A DNA stretch of 64,000 nucleotides from Hyphochytrium catenoides (lineage: Eukaryota; Protista; Hyphochytriomycota): positions 9,272-73,271 of the forward strand of contig FLMG01001044.1 in NCBI GenBank assembly GCA_900088475.1. The letters are read 5' to 3'. The notes beneath the pieces are model-generated. The model did no database searches. It was given only the letters and a program-made list of their open reading frames with translations, and was not told the DNA's origin. The stretch's first letter is position 1; each line of letters begins with the position of its first letter. Both the position numbers and the translations under genes were made by a program. This document shows, piece by piece, positions 49,801 through 61,180 of this stretch.

Positions 49801-49915
49801 GTCTTCACATCTATTTGGATTCCTCTGCGCCCTCGTTGGACTCGTTGCAGGCGCGTTCTTAGGAGCTCACGTCTCGTCCAGGAGAAGTAGGTCAGGTTAC
49901 GCTGTCGTGCCCTAG
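46804..49915 (+). CDS. Peptidase family C69 (dipeptidase/secernin-like Ntn hydrolase), signal peptide plus C-terminal TM anchor, multi-exon
   Basis: Signal peptide followed directly by CTSIGVGKLASTDGS (N-terminal Cys nucleophile). Further motifs: YGVVNEAGL|GIGESTC, IDELTRTALERCATAR.AV..MG.LA..YG, GEALVVND.EE.W.FH, WVAQRLP, YSSRRWWRVF, RDHFEGTPYDLT, WERAISIHRT, TILWFG..PH...YTP. C-terminal TM LFGFLCALVGLVAGAFLGA and GYAVV tail. Confidence 0.88.
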
Positions 49916-50428
49916 AGTGATCTAAAGACTTTGCGTTGGAGGGAACAGACAATCGAAAGAGATAAATAGAGAAGAGTAGTGTCTGCGCCATTTGAGCCGG
50001 TGCAGAGTCAGGGACCTTTTGGAAGTAACAGCTAATAGAAGCTTGTGCTATCATCTGCGGTTGCCTTCTCAACTTTAGATGGTGGGCGCCTTGACTAAAA
50101 GCTGACCCGAAACGGCAATGGAGGACAGCGTAGGAGCTTTTGCTGATCTCTCGCTTTATAGCCCTTCTCATGGTGTCCTTTCCTGAGCCCAGGCATCGCA
50201 CAGAACACCTCTTCCTGCGTCTTCCTCTCTATGTCAATCTTTACCCGGAACATCTTCCTTTATGTCGCTCTGGAAACACTTTTTTTCCGATACAAGGAGG
50301 CAGCAGGATGTTGTGCGTGGGGCAAATAAATATAAGAGATATAGTACGTGGCCGTCTCTCACCCGCTATAGGCTAGGTTGGGACTGCCGTCAAGGTCTCA
50401 ATGGCTCTGTGCTTCCCTCTGGCCTAAC

Positions 50429-53400
50429 TCAATCTCTAACTGCTGCGCGGAGACGGTATCTAACATTGTCTATGAACTTCTCCAGCCCCTTTGTCTCTTC
50501 CCTCATATGAAGGAGAAAGGTCTCCACAAGGTCTCGCCCAACTACGTTATCAACGAAAAGCAAGCTCTCTTCTGCCAGACACAGAGCCCTTGACTTTTCT
50601 GCTTCTTGACTAGCATCCTGTACCTGCGTCTCCCGGGAGGAAGAGACGGGGAGCTTGAGAAGGATGTCTACTCCCACACCAGCAAGGATCGAGGAGAGAA
50701 TGCAAGGAAGATGGGCTTCAATTCTCATCCAACAATGCTTCAACAATAGCAGAAGAGTCTCTAAAGCCTCTTCTCTCACTCTTTCTTGAGGGCTGCGCAA
50801 GTAGTTTCCCTTCTCTAATGCCCTGAGTGCCGTCCCAAAGTACTTCACAAGCAGGAAAGACCGAGGCAAGCCCATTTCTATGACAAAAGGCCTGAGTCCC
50901 GCCAGCACTGAGACCTTTACTGACTGGGAGGTTTGGTATGGCATGTCCCTCAGTACTCGAAAGAAGAACTTCTCAAAGAAAGGAGAAGAGGAGGATCCTT
51001 GTAAGAGAGTCTCTGCATTCTTTGTAGGATTCTCTCCCAGGCCTCTCTCCTTAGTGCAGAACGCAGCAATTGTAGGTAGCAGAAGAGAGAGAACAGCAGC
51101 GTCTCGGGACGTAAGAGAGTCCTCCAGAATCTTTGAGATGACTGGCGCAAACCAACGAACCTCCGTGGTCGTAACTTGGTCGAGAGCGCTTGAAAGGACC
51201 CTAATCCCTGGGATACCCAGGGCATAGGAACAAAAAATTGGCAGGATAGGTGAGCGACCGGGTAGAGATGAAGGCAGCTTAGCTACGAGCTTAGTCTTCA
51301 ATAATCGGCCGGAAACAAATGCAGGCATAGATAGGAGAAGACTCCAACGAATATAACAGGACAGCGAAGGCAGCGAGCCAGGGGCAAATCTTGCCTCCTT
51401 TTCGAGAGTCGTGCCGTTCCAAGGGCAGAGAGGGTGAGCTCTTTGAAGTCGTAGCGAGTGGGAAAGAGGGGGAGACGGGAAGCAGCTAAGGAGACTAAGC
51501 AAAAGGCATTAAATAGAGCTAAAGCAAGGGCATTTACCTAGCAGCTGGTGGGTCTGGGACGTATAGTCATCAATCATTGGCCCACACAGAGGGAGAACCT
51601 TGCCCAGGAGGTTGAAGTCTTCCTCTTCGTCCCTCAATCCCTTGGATGCTAGAGAAACTACCCAGGAGCCGAAAGCAAACTTTGCCAGTTCGTTTTCTTT
51701 CTCTTTCCATTTCTCTCCTGAGAGCCTAGCGGCTAGGTTGTGAAAGATAGATGATAAGCTGCTGCCGACTGCCTTCACTGTTGAGCTCTCTTCTACACTC
51801 TTTGCTTGAGCACCAGTCCTCACTCTTTGAGAAAAGGAAGGACGAGAGGGCTTATTAACGAGACATTCAAGGAGTGTCCTGCTCGCTCTCTGTATCTTCT
51901 CTCCGGATAGCCCTCCCCATGGGGCCTGTTCCCCTTCATAGGAGAGAGCAAGCAGAAGCTCTACGAGTTTTGTCCTAAGTGACCGCAAAGAGTCAATCTG
52001 TTCACTCTCCGCTTTTTCGTTAACCTCGTCTTCTACTCTGGAGAGTCGAAAGACAAGAGGATGAGCCGAGATGCAGCGGAGAAGAATCTCTAGACAAAGT
52101 GAGGCAGCTGAGCGGGCGGGAGAGACTGAGGATGTCTCGCCATCTGAAGGCCGCTCTCCGACAGCAAATAAGGCGAGTTCTGTTGCGGAGACTAGCAGGT
52201 GGTGGAAAGAGGGGAAGAAGAGAGAAGGACCCGTGTCCTCCCCTTTAAGATTTGCTGGTTCTCTCTCTGTCCACTGTCCTTCGGCTTGGCCGTTCAGCAG
52301 TGCCTCTAAGACCTTCAGCGGGAAGACGAGCCCCCGCAGACTTTCAGTCTCGAATGTGAAGACAACGAGCCTCTGGACCGCGCGCAAAAGCTCTTCCTCC
52401 TCCTCTTTCACTGTATTTGAACCTGCCTGTCTTGCCGTTCTAGTTAGACCAGCAGCTACACGATGACAGAGCGGGAGAAAGTAGGAGAGATTGCGCTCGT
52501 CCTTCTCTTCTCCTCTTTCTTCTCTTCTCATTCTCTCCACCGTCACGCACACGACTTCCCAAAAAGAACCAGATAGGCCAAGAACAGGCTGCTGGGGAGA
52601 GGGAGAAAGAAGAGATAGTGCGGCAGGATGAAAGGCTCCCCTTAAAATAAGCGACGCGCGGGCGAGATCTGTAGCATTGTCTGTCATCTCTTGGAAGTGG
52701 CCCCAAGCTCGAGAGAGAATGGTCTCTGTTGCACTGGAGAGAATGCGAGGAAGAGGTGGAAGAGAAAGAGAGGATGCTGTCTCTTTCCATCTCCAGCTAG
52801 CCGTTTCCAAGGCTCTTACGGCCGCCAGAGCTGTCAGAGCTGCGTCATTGCCTTTGCGGTCCCTCTGTGTTACCTCTTCTCCTGCCAGCGCGATGTAAAA
52901 GAGAGACAAGGTGCCCTGCACTTCTCTTTCAAGTGCGCTGCAGAGTCTCTCTTGCATCTGTTGGCCTTCCTCTTCCACCGGCTGGGCTGCGTGAGATGAG
53001 AGGGAGAGAAGCTCAGAGGCCTCCCCAGAGCCAAATGGACAGAGACAACTCATTGCAATGTACAGGCCAACAGCTCCTGATGGGGAGAGAGAAGGATATG
53101 GAGCAACAGGGAGAGAAGAAGAGCAAGACGTGGAGCCTACTTCTCGCTCAAATATTGCCTTGCTAAGCCTCTCCCTCAATGCAGAAGAGAGAGGAGAGAA
53201 GGAGTTTAGGTAGATATCGAGCTCAGTCTCTTTCTCTTCCAGGTCCAGGACTGCAAAGCCTAAGAGCCAGAGCTGCAGGCCAAGAGAGACCGCAAAGAGA
53301 GAGAGGCCGAGGTTTCTCTCCCTACTGAAACTTCTGTTACGCTTCTCTTCTTCCTGTTTTAGCCACTGAAGTGCAAATGAGGAGACGGCCTGGAGAGCCC

Positions 53401-53842
53401 GGTAAAGATTTCTTCTCCTTGTTCGCTCTGTCTCATCATTCTCTCTCTTCTCCTCTCGGCTTCTGAGAGTATCCCGAACTTCTATCTTTAGCACAGAGAG
53501 AAAACAGTGGAGGAGCTCTAGTGCCCTGCCCTCGCTTTCTTCTTCCATCTTTTCTTTGCCCTCCAGCTCCTGCTTTCCTGACTGGTAAAGGTCCGTAACC
53601 ACCCTGAAGGAGAGAGACTCTGTCTCTCTCTGCGCCCAAATAAAGGAGAGCACTGCCCTAATGTTTAGCTCTGTCTCGTCGCTGAGGTTGGAGTCGCTGT
53701 CCCCTGTTAGCAGCTCTGTTAGACTGTCCTCGTCTTCTGACCATTTCTCATCACGCTCATGCTGCTCACTTCTCTGGCGCGTCCAACTCGCCTGCACAGA
53801 TTGGAGGAGATCTGGCAGCTGAAACAGAGGCACCTCTTCCAT
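50429..53842 (-). CDS. TTI2: TELO2-interacting protein 2 (Tti2)-like HEAT/ARM protein (one intron ~51224-51538)
   Basis: The 777-aa and 357-aa ORFs join across a GT..AG intron to give LGKVLPLCGPMIDDY..LL|GIRVL. C-terminal ALETLLLLLKHCWMRIEAHLPCIL resembles the Tti2 ILP..L..DD..K..G and CWPRI..H motifs. Leu-rich helical composition. Confidence 0.55.
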
Positions 53843-54057
53843 CCCTCAACCCCGTCTCCCCCAAGGGATGAGCACCTTGCGTTCTTTCACTCCTCAAAAT
53901 GTGGCCATGAACGAAGGTTAGTCCTGCCACACGCGACCCTCTCTCTGAAGCTGCAGCTAGACTTGAAGGGAGTAGTATCGTTGTGCCTGCTTCGTGTTCC
54001 CCAGTATTCCAGCTCTGTCTTTTCTCTCTTCCCGTTCTTCTCTCTCCCCCTCTCACC

Positions 54058-54066
<9 letters not shown>

Positions 54067-54115
<49 letters not shown>
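54067..54115. repeat. (CT)n microsatellite in the divergent intergenic region between TTI2-like and Acinus
   Basis: Perfect CT run, followed by a short (CTG)n at ~54132-54150. Confidence 0.95.
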
Positions 54116-54117
<2 letters not shown>

Positions 54118-54879
54118 CCCTCCCCTGTCACCTGCTGCTGCTGCTGCTGCTCTGTCCCATTCTGAAGCTTCATCATCGCCCGCAGACAAAGCCAAGAATC
54201 CATCAGAACAAAGTGACAACAACAGCGCATCTCAGAACTCCTCCAGAGGTATGTGAGGTATCCTCATTCAGAATGAGTGAATATGATGTTGCCGAATCAA
54301 GCTGACTATCACCAGATCTATTCTCAATGTATTTCGCCACACCTGAGAGACAGAGGGCCTAGAGATATGATTCGAACGTGAATAAGAGCGAGGTGACCGA
54401 GATAGAGTATTACTAGGTTTGGATACTGTACTTGCGAAGAGACATCGGGAGGGAGAGAGACAGAGACACGCCAATCTACGATAAATCAGTGTTTTGCCGT
54501 CGAGACAGAGACATGAAAAATGGAAGGAAGAGTCCCGATGGGTCAGGAAGATTAGGAGACAGAGAGAGAGACAGAGTCAGGGGGAAGATGTGAGACAGAG
54601 TTATGGAGAGAGGGAGAAAGAGACAGAGAGGGAAGCACTAGAGAGACAGACGAAGAAAGAGACAGAGAAAGAGTGAAATGAACGGCGCTGCGCCACTGGA
54701 ACCTCGAACCCTGGCCGCGTCTCCTCTTTCCACACATCTTCGCTTTCTCTCTGGCAAAGCCGGCCGCTTGCCTTCAGAAGAGACTCTCTCTCTCTCTCTC
54801 GCCTCTCCCCTCGTCTCTCACCGCCGGGCCGGCTGGTGGATCGCGTCTCTATGAAGCTCTGACTGCCAAAGAAGAAAAG

Positions 54880-57523
54880 ATGGAGATCGGGAAGTTGAAG
54901 GTAGAGAGGAGGTTTCTTTGTCTGTTGAATTCGCCTCTCCGTATCTTCTCATCTCAGTTGTATCTCTTTGCTGTGTGTCACTGTCCCTTTCTCTCTCGTT
55001 TTGCGTCCATTCCACATCCTGACGACTGTTTGCTGGTCAGGTGCCAGAGCTAAAGCGCAAGTTGAAGGAGCTCGGCCTAGACACGGAAGGAACCAAGGTT
55101 GGAACACCTCTTGTAGGAGAGAGAGTGTCATGAGAGAGAGAGAGAGAGAAGAGTGAAAGAGATGCTTTCATACGAGAGAAGCGGAGGAATTCAGAGAAGG
55201 AGAAAGCTTAAGGGAGATGAGGAGCAGGGAGAGGACGGCAAGAGGGCGCTGATGACCAAACAAAGCTGAGAACTCTTTGAAGAAAGACTATTTATTCGCT
55301 TTACCTGGCTGAGCCCCTGCCGAACGCCTCTCTCTCGGCCTTTCTCTCTCGGCCTCTCTCTCTTTTCCACGTTTGCATTACTGACGAAAGCCTGTGATTC
55401 CCCATCCTTGTCCTTCTCATCTGTCTTTCTCTCTCTGAACTTCCTGTGTACAGGCCGAGCTGGTGGCTAGACTCCAAGAAACCGCGACCCAGTCGCCCTC
55501 TGACCGAGAACAGAGAAAGGAAGGAGAAGGTGACAATGGGACAGCCAGTGAAGGCAGGATCAAGACAGAAGACGACACTAAGGAAGAGAAGGTAACTTCT
55601 GTCCTCCTCTCGTCTTCGATGTTTGAACTCTCTTCCTCGTTCCCTCTCTCTCCCTTTGTCCATATCGCCGTATCTCGCCTTACTTCAGTTTCTGCCTTAA
55701 CCTCCTTGTCTTGGCTCCCACTCTTCTAGCTCACTCTTGGTTTTTCCTTACTCCTTTAATGTCCCATTAGGCAGCCAGGACCATACCGAGAGCGAAGCGA
55801 GCAAGGACGCAGGAGGACAAAGAGCCTCCTTCTTCAAGGTAATATCATCGTCTCTCTCCCTCCCTGTGTCTCTCTATTCTTCTCGTCTGCGCCATATCAT
55901 CTCTTCCCCTGTGTTGTTCACCGAACTCTATCTTCCGAGAAGCTTGCTCTCGCTCCGCAAGAGATTAACAATCTAGGCAGTACTATCTGGTCACCTTTAG
56001 ACGCATCTTTCCCTTCCATCTCCTCTCTATTTGCTGTTTATTTGTCTCCCTTCTTTGCCCCTAGGCCAGGCTGCTCTGACCCTCCTCTCCTTCTTTGTTT
56101 GACTCGTGACTATTGCCCTCGACGCACTAACTCTCTTGCTGCTCTTTTAGCAAGCCCCCAAGCAGAACACTTCGAGTAGACAACTTTGTGCGACCGTTTC
56201 CTCTCCAGGAAGCTAAGGTGAGCTCTCAACATGGGATTGAGAACAAAGCACCGAGAGAGGGAGAGAGGCAGAGAGAGAGAGAAAGAAAGAGGGAAAGATG
56301 AAGAACCTGGGAAGGAAATGTGGGACGATGCATGGGACTCAGCTTCTGTCTCTCTTCTCTCAGCTGCTGATGGAGGAGTATGGCCAGCTGGTCGAAGAAG
56401 GATTTTGGATGGACCGCTTTCGCACACACTGCTATGCTACCTTCTCTAGCGTGGAAGAGGTACTGAATTGGTTCCCTTCTCTCTCTCTCTTTTCTCTGTC
56501 TTTATTTCCCTGCCCTTCCTTTTTGTTCACTGCTAGGTTACCAAGCTGCGAAGCTAGACCTCTTGCTCTCCCTCCCTGTCTCTATTGCACTCAATGGTCC
56601 TTTCATTTTTTCTTCTTGGCTCCTACGATGACCTATCTTCCCNNNNNNNNNNNNNNNNNNNNNNNNNNNNNNNNNNNNNCTCTCTCTCTCTCTCTCTCTC
56701 TCCCCACAAACACACCCCTTTCCACAGTATCGCTTAACATACCCTTTGTGGTGGCCGCCTTCGCTCTCTTTTGCTTCCTGTAGGCAGAGACAGCGCGACG
56801 CGGTCTCTACGGGAAAGTATGGCCTGTTCCCTTTGGCAAACCACTTGTGGCTGACTTCTCAAGTATCACAGCGATGGAGGTGAGCTATCGCGATGTAGCC
56901 TCCCTCCTATGACCTGAGGCTATTCATACTGTCGCTCTCTCTTCCTCCTTCCTCTTACGTCTATTCCTTATCTTGATGGGTAGGTATGGCTGCGCTCTAT
57001 CTTGCGTTCTTTCTCGCGCTCATTTGCTCTACACGAGCTCTCTCATTGGCTTGCTGACGGCGGCCCCTTGTCACATTTGCACCCTTTAGAAAGCTGCAGA
57101 ACCAGACGGAAGAGGGAGGGCTCAAGGCAGAACCGGGCAACGGGAGAGAGAAGCACTTAGGAAGAATGTTGAAAAACGAGAGTCAAGAAGAGGAACAGGT
57201 CAGTGCCACCATAAGCAGGCAAAGACGTAGAGGGATGTGTGAGAGGCGAGCCAGGAGAGTCGGAGGGGGGCTGCGAGGGGGGCGAAGTGCAAAGGAAGAA
57301 GCCCTCTAAAGCGAGCGAGACCTCCGGTAACTGACTCTTTGTCTACCTGGCAGTGGATCCTCCCCTGTCCTACACTATTGATGACTTGTTCCTGAAGACT
57401 GAGACAGAGCCGCCGCTGTACTTCCTCCCCCTCTCTGACGCACAAGTGGAGGACAAGAAGAAAAGGCGAGAGCAACAGAAAGCGAGCTCTGGACCAGAGA
57501 GTGGGAGATCACGGAGAGGATAG
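54880..57523 (+). CDS. ACIN1: Acinus (ASAP/EJC-associated splicing factor): SAP + RRM + RSB motif, many small exons
   Basis: Spliced SAP domain MEIGKLK|VPELKRKLKELGLDTEGTK|AELVARLQE. RRM TLRVDNFVRPF..K|LLMEEYG..GFWMDRFRTHCYATFSSVEE|AETARRGLYGKVWP..GKPLVADF. RSB motif TIDDLFLKTETEPPLYFLPLSDAQV. Stop TAG 57521-57523. Confidence 0.88.
56643..56679. other. Assembly gap (Ns) within an Acinus intron, adjoining (CT)n
   Basis: Run of n. Confidence 0.99.
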
Positions 57524-58793
57524 AGCTGCCTCTCTCGCTTTCTCCCCTCGCTTCCTCTTAAAGTGCGCTTCTCCCTACTCTATCCTTCGTCTCCGACGAC
57601 GCTTCAATGCAACGGGAGCTGTCGGTTAGTCTCCTGACAGACAGCGCCGGGCGACCTCTTCACCTTATCGAAGTTGTTTGAAGACGGGCAAGTAGGATAT
57701 TGAGAAAGGCCATTGGCAAACCAAAGTATAGGGAGAGCCAGGGTCCCATTGCTCTAAGCTCTTTCTCTCTCTCTCTCTTTATTTCTCTCCTGTGTGTCTC
57801 TCTCTTTCCCTTTGCTAGAGCTAGCAAGTAGAAGGCGGGGCTGCCAACGTCCATCCTCTCTCCCAAAAAGACATTTTGTGGGCCCTTCTTCTCCAGCTAA
57901 GGCGAAGGACTAAGGTCGGCTCCTGATGGCTAGCGTCATGCTCACTGGCTCCTCCTATCTACTTACGGACGCTTCATCGTTGAATGCTATCCATTTCTGT
58001 ACATAGCCCTTACCGCTTCTGTACTCAGCCCTTACCACTTTTCTGTGTGAGGACGTGGCCACCTTTCCTCAGGCCCGGCGACGCCTCAAATATCGCCTGT
58101 AGAAGACGGCAACGAGTGTCTTCATAAAAAGACATAGTAGACACAGGCAACCTCCTTCCCTTGCCAGAATTCTTCTCTCACCTACGTCTAAAGTAATAAT
58201 AAAAGCTCTTCCACACTGCAACGATCACCATGAAAAAGCAAAAGCAACTCCCTCTCTTTCAAGCAAGCAAGCAAGCATAGGTCTCGTTAATAGAGAGAGT
58301 ATAGAGCTTCTGGAATTGGGATTCGTAAGGAGGAGGGGGTTGACGATCGTGAACCGCAGTTATCGGGGCATTGAGACAACACTCTTGCTTGCCTGATCGA
58401 ATATGAGGATGACGATGTCTTGGCGTTCCATCCTCTCTTCCTCTTGTTATTACTGAGGGAGAGGAAGAAGAACGAGCAGACCAAGGAGAAGAAGAAAAGG
58501 CAACAAGAGCTACAAAGTCCGGTCTCTTCATCGGCTCTGCCTGCTCCACACTCAGTATCAGGCAGGGAAGAATCATACTTGACTTCCTCAACGATAAGAA
58601 GAGAAGAAGGAAGAGGAGAAGATAAAGCGCCGAGGATATTGCCGTCCTCATTTTTGACCAGGGAAGCAAGGAGAAGGGTCCAGCTGCTAAAGAGGAGTAC
58701 GCCTCAGATTTTGAGTAGCATTTTCTTTATGATTGGCCAAAAGAGACTCTGGAATAACAACGGCCTAACGCCATAGCTAGGCGCGCCACAACC

Positions 58794-58907
58794 AAGGACT
58801 CGCAGAGTACCAACAGCACCTTGTCAACAGCAAGAAAGCCCCACAACCAAGGACTCGCAACGCTTTCTTGCTGTTGACGAGGTGCTGTTGGTACTCTGCG
58901 AGTCCTT
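58794..58907. repeat. 46-bp inverted repeat (1 mismatch) with 22-nt loop
   Basis: 58794-58839 aaggactcgcagagtaccaacagcaccttgtcaacagcaagaaagc is the reverse complement of 58862-58907 except at one position. Confidence 0.95.
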
Positions 58908-59328
58908 TGTTGACGATCACTTCTCCGCAGGTTGAAAGAGGACTCCCACGCGTAGTAGGCACATAAAAAAAGCGAAGAAGTTCCAAGGCCATTGCTTGAC
59001 GCTTTCTTGCATCCGTCCATCGACCTGGGGACTTTGAACTCTCTTGTCCAATAACGTCAGAAAGACGGCGTCGTTCTTCTTCGTGGAGGATCCGAAGATT
59101 CAAAGATCCGCCAAAGACTCCTTGTAGAGACAACATCACGACGCATTGAGCGGCACGGAGAGCTGCACTCCATCCAATAACAGTGAAGATAAGGAGCTCA
59201 GTGGCCGTCACATCCTTCCTTGAGCCTTGAGACAGAGCGCGATTGTCTCCTCCTCCAGCTTCTGCCTGGCATCGGACTAGAGAATGAATGATTGAGTGAT
59301 GGAAAGCTGCGGCTTCCTCGTCCCAGCA

Positions 59329-59822
59329 GCTTTGGCGCTCTATCGCGGTAGAATTGCTCCCTAAATGCTAACGGCTCCCACACTCCCTCCTAAATAACAT
59401 CCTAGAAAGAACGCAGATTTTTTCTGATAGCGTAAGCTTTGGCGTTCTATCGCGGTAGAAAAGGCTGTCTAAATAACGGCTTCAACACTCCTTCCTAGAT
59501 ATTATCCTAAAACGCCAGATTTGCCTTGATAGTGTAAGCTTTGGCGCTCTATTGCGGTAGAATTGCTCCCTAAACATATTAACAGCTCCCTCACTCCCTC
59601 CTACATAACATTCTGGGATACGCCAGATCTTTCCTGATAGCGTAAGCTTTGGCGTTCTATTGTGGTAGAAATGCTCTCTAAATAACGGCTCCTTCCTAGA
59701 AAATATCCTAAAACGCCAAAATTTTGCAGATAGCGTAAGCTTTGGCGTTCTATGCGGAAGAAATGCTGTCTAAATAACGGCTCCAACACTCCTTCCTAGA
59801 TAATATCCTAAAACGCCAGATT
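59329..59822. repeat. Tandem array of five ~93-108-bp units (GCTTTGGCGyTCTAT...AACGCCAGAT...GATAGCGTAA)
   Basis: Units start at ~59329, 59436, 59538, 59646 and 59739; divergent copies in A-B-A-B-B order. Confidence 0.92.
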
Positions 59823-60130
59823 AATCGCAACAATCCCTAGAAATGTATTCCCTGAAGTTATATTAGCCCTTTGGCCCTTATTCAGTAAGAGGAAGGGTTC
59901 TGAATTATTGTGATTATTTTGAAGACAGTCTAAGCCCCCTTTTGACTCCTTTGTAGATCGATCTGATGGGGTCTTAGATTATGTTCCTAGTCCAAATGGA
60001 GGTTTGTATATAATAGTGTACAGTCTGAACACACTGCAATAACGCGGACAACGTGCAAGGGAGGGAGAGAGGATGGTTGGTGGGGAAAGGAAACTTCTCT
60101 AGTTTGAGATGTCAACAGGGAGAGAGAGAG

Positions 60131-60216
60131 NNNNNNNNNNNNNNNNNNNNNNNNNNNNNNNNNNNNNNNNNNNNNNNNNNNNNNNNNNNNNNNNNNNNNN
60201 NNNNNNNNNNNNNNNN
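60131..60216. other. Assembly gap (Ns) flanked by (AG)n
   Basis: Run of n. Confidence 0.99.
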
Positions 60217-60654
60217 AGAGAGAGAGAGAGAGAGGAGAGGGAGAGGAGAGGGAGAGGAAGAGAGAGGAGAGGGAGAGCGAGAAGGAAGAGAGAGGGGGGA
60301 GAGGGAGGGAGAGACCGAAAGGAAGAGCGAGAAGAGAGACAGAAAGAGAGAGAAAGAGAATGGAGAGGGAGAGAGAAAGAGGGAGAGAGATGATAGGAGA
60401 GGCATGGATGTGAGGGATGACCATTGGGACTGAATGAGAAAGCTCGGGGCCGTGATTCTGATGCTTCTGCGCTCTGTCTCCTGCGACCTTCAGAGTCTCC
60501 AATCTCTGCAGGAACTTTTCCAGATTTCTCTGTCAAGAGACAAAGAGCCAATACCTGCCAGGAGAGACGAGGATACAACGACATATTAAAGAAGCGTCGA
60601 GAGAAGAGAGAGCGAAGAAGCCAGAGAAAGAGAAAAAGAGAGAGAGAGAGAACG

Positions 60655-61095
60655 ATGGTGGGGCACACGGTGCTGCCCGCTGCGTTGGAAGCAGTTGATG
60701 ATTTGGTAGGAGAACTGACTCAGCGCCCGGAGGTAAGGCCTAGGGAAATTGATATCTTCTCAAAACAGCCTGGTGCACCTTGTGCATCTCTTCTCTCTCT
60801 CTCTCTCTCCCACACAAAAGTAACCTGGGTATATCTCTCTTCTTTCATTCCCTGTCCCTGTTGCTCTTCGTCCTTCCGTCTTTCTCACTTACACTCCGTG
60901 AGTTGGGGTATGCGTCTCTCCTCTTGCTCCCTTGGGTTTTGAAGTTGCACTCCCTATGAGTTTCTCAAATCTGTCTCTCTCTCACTCTCTCTCTCTCTCT
61001 CTGTCTGTCTTCCAAGTAAGACGCTTCCCTTCAGCTACAGCCGTCAGCCCATCTGTCATTTTATTCTCTTTTACTTCTTCGACTCCATTCTGCCT

Positions 61096-61130
<35 letters not shown>

Positions 61131-61131
61131 G

Positions 61132-61180
<49 letters not shown>

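Noticed and set aside
4119-49915. Functional gene cluster (motors + giant receptor + glycosyltransferase + peptidase)
   Set aside because: Adjacency alone in a eukaryotic genome is not evidence; synteny or co-expression data would be needed
59329-59822. CRISPR-like array
   Set aside because: The sequences between the conserved cores are homologous to each other rather than unique spacers; eukaryotic context and no cas genes
59987-60585. Possible small minus-strand gene divergent from MPP10 (MSLYPRLSWQ|RNLEKFLQRLETLK..)
   Set aside because: Would need a 25-nt intron, runs into an assembly gap, and has no recognisable motif
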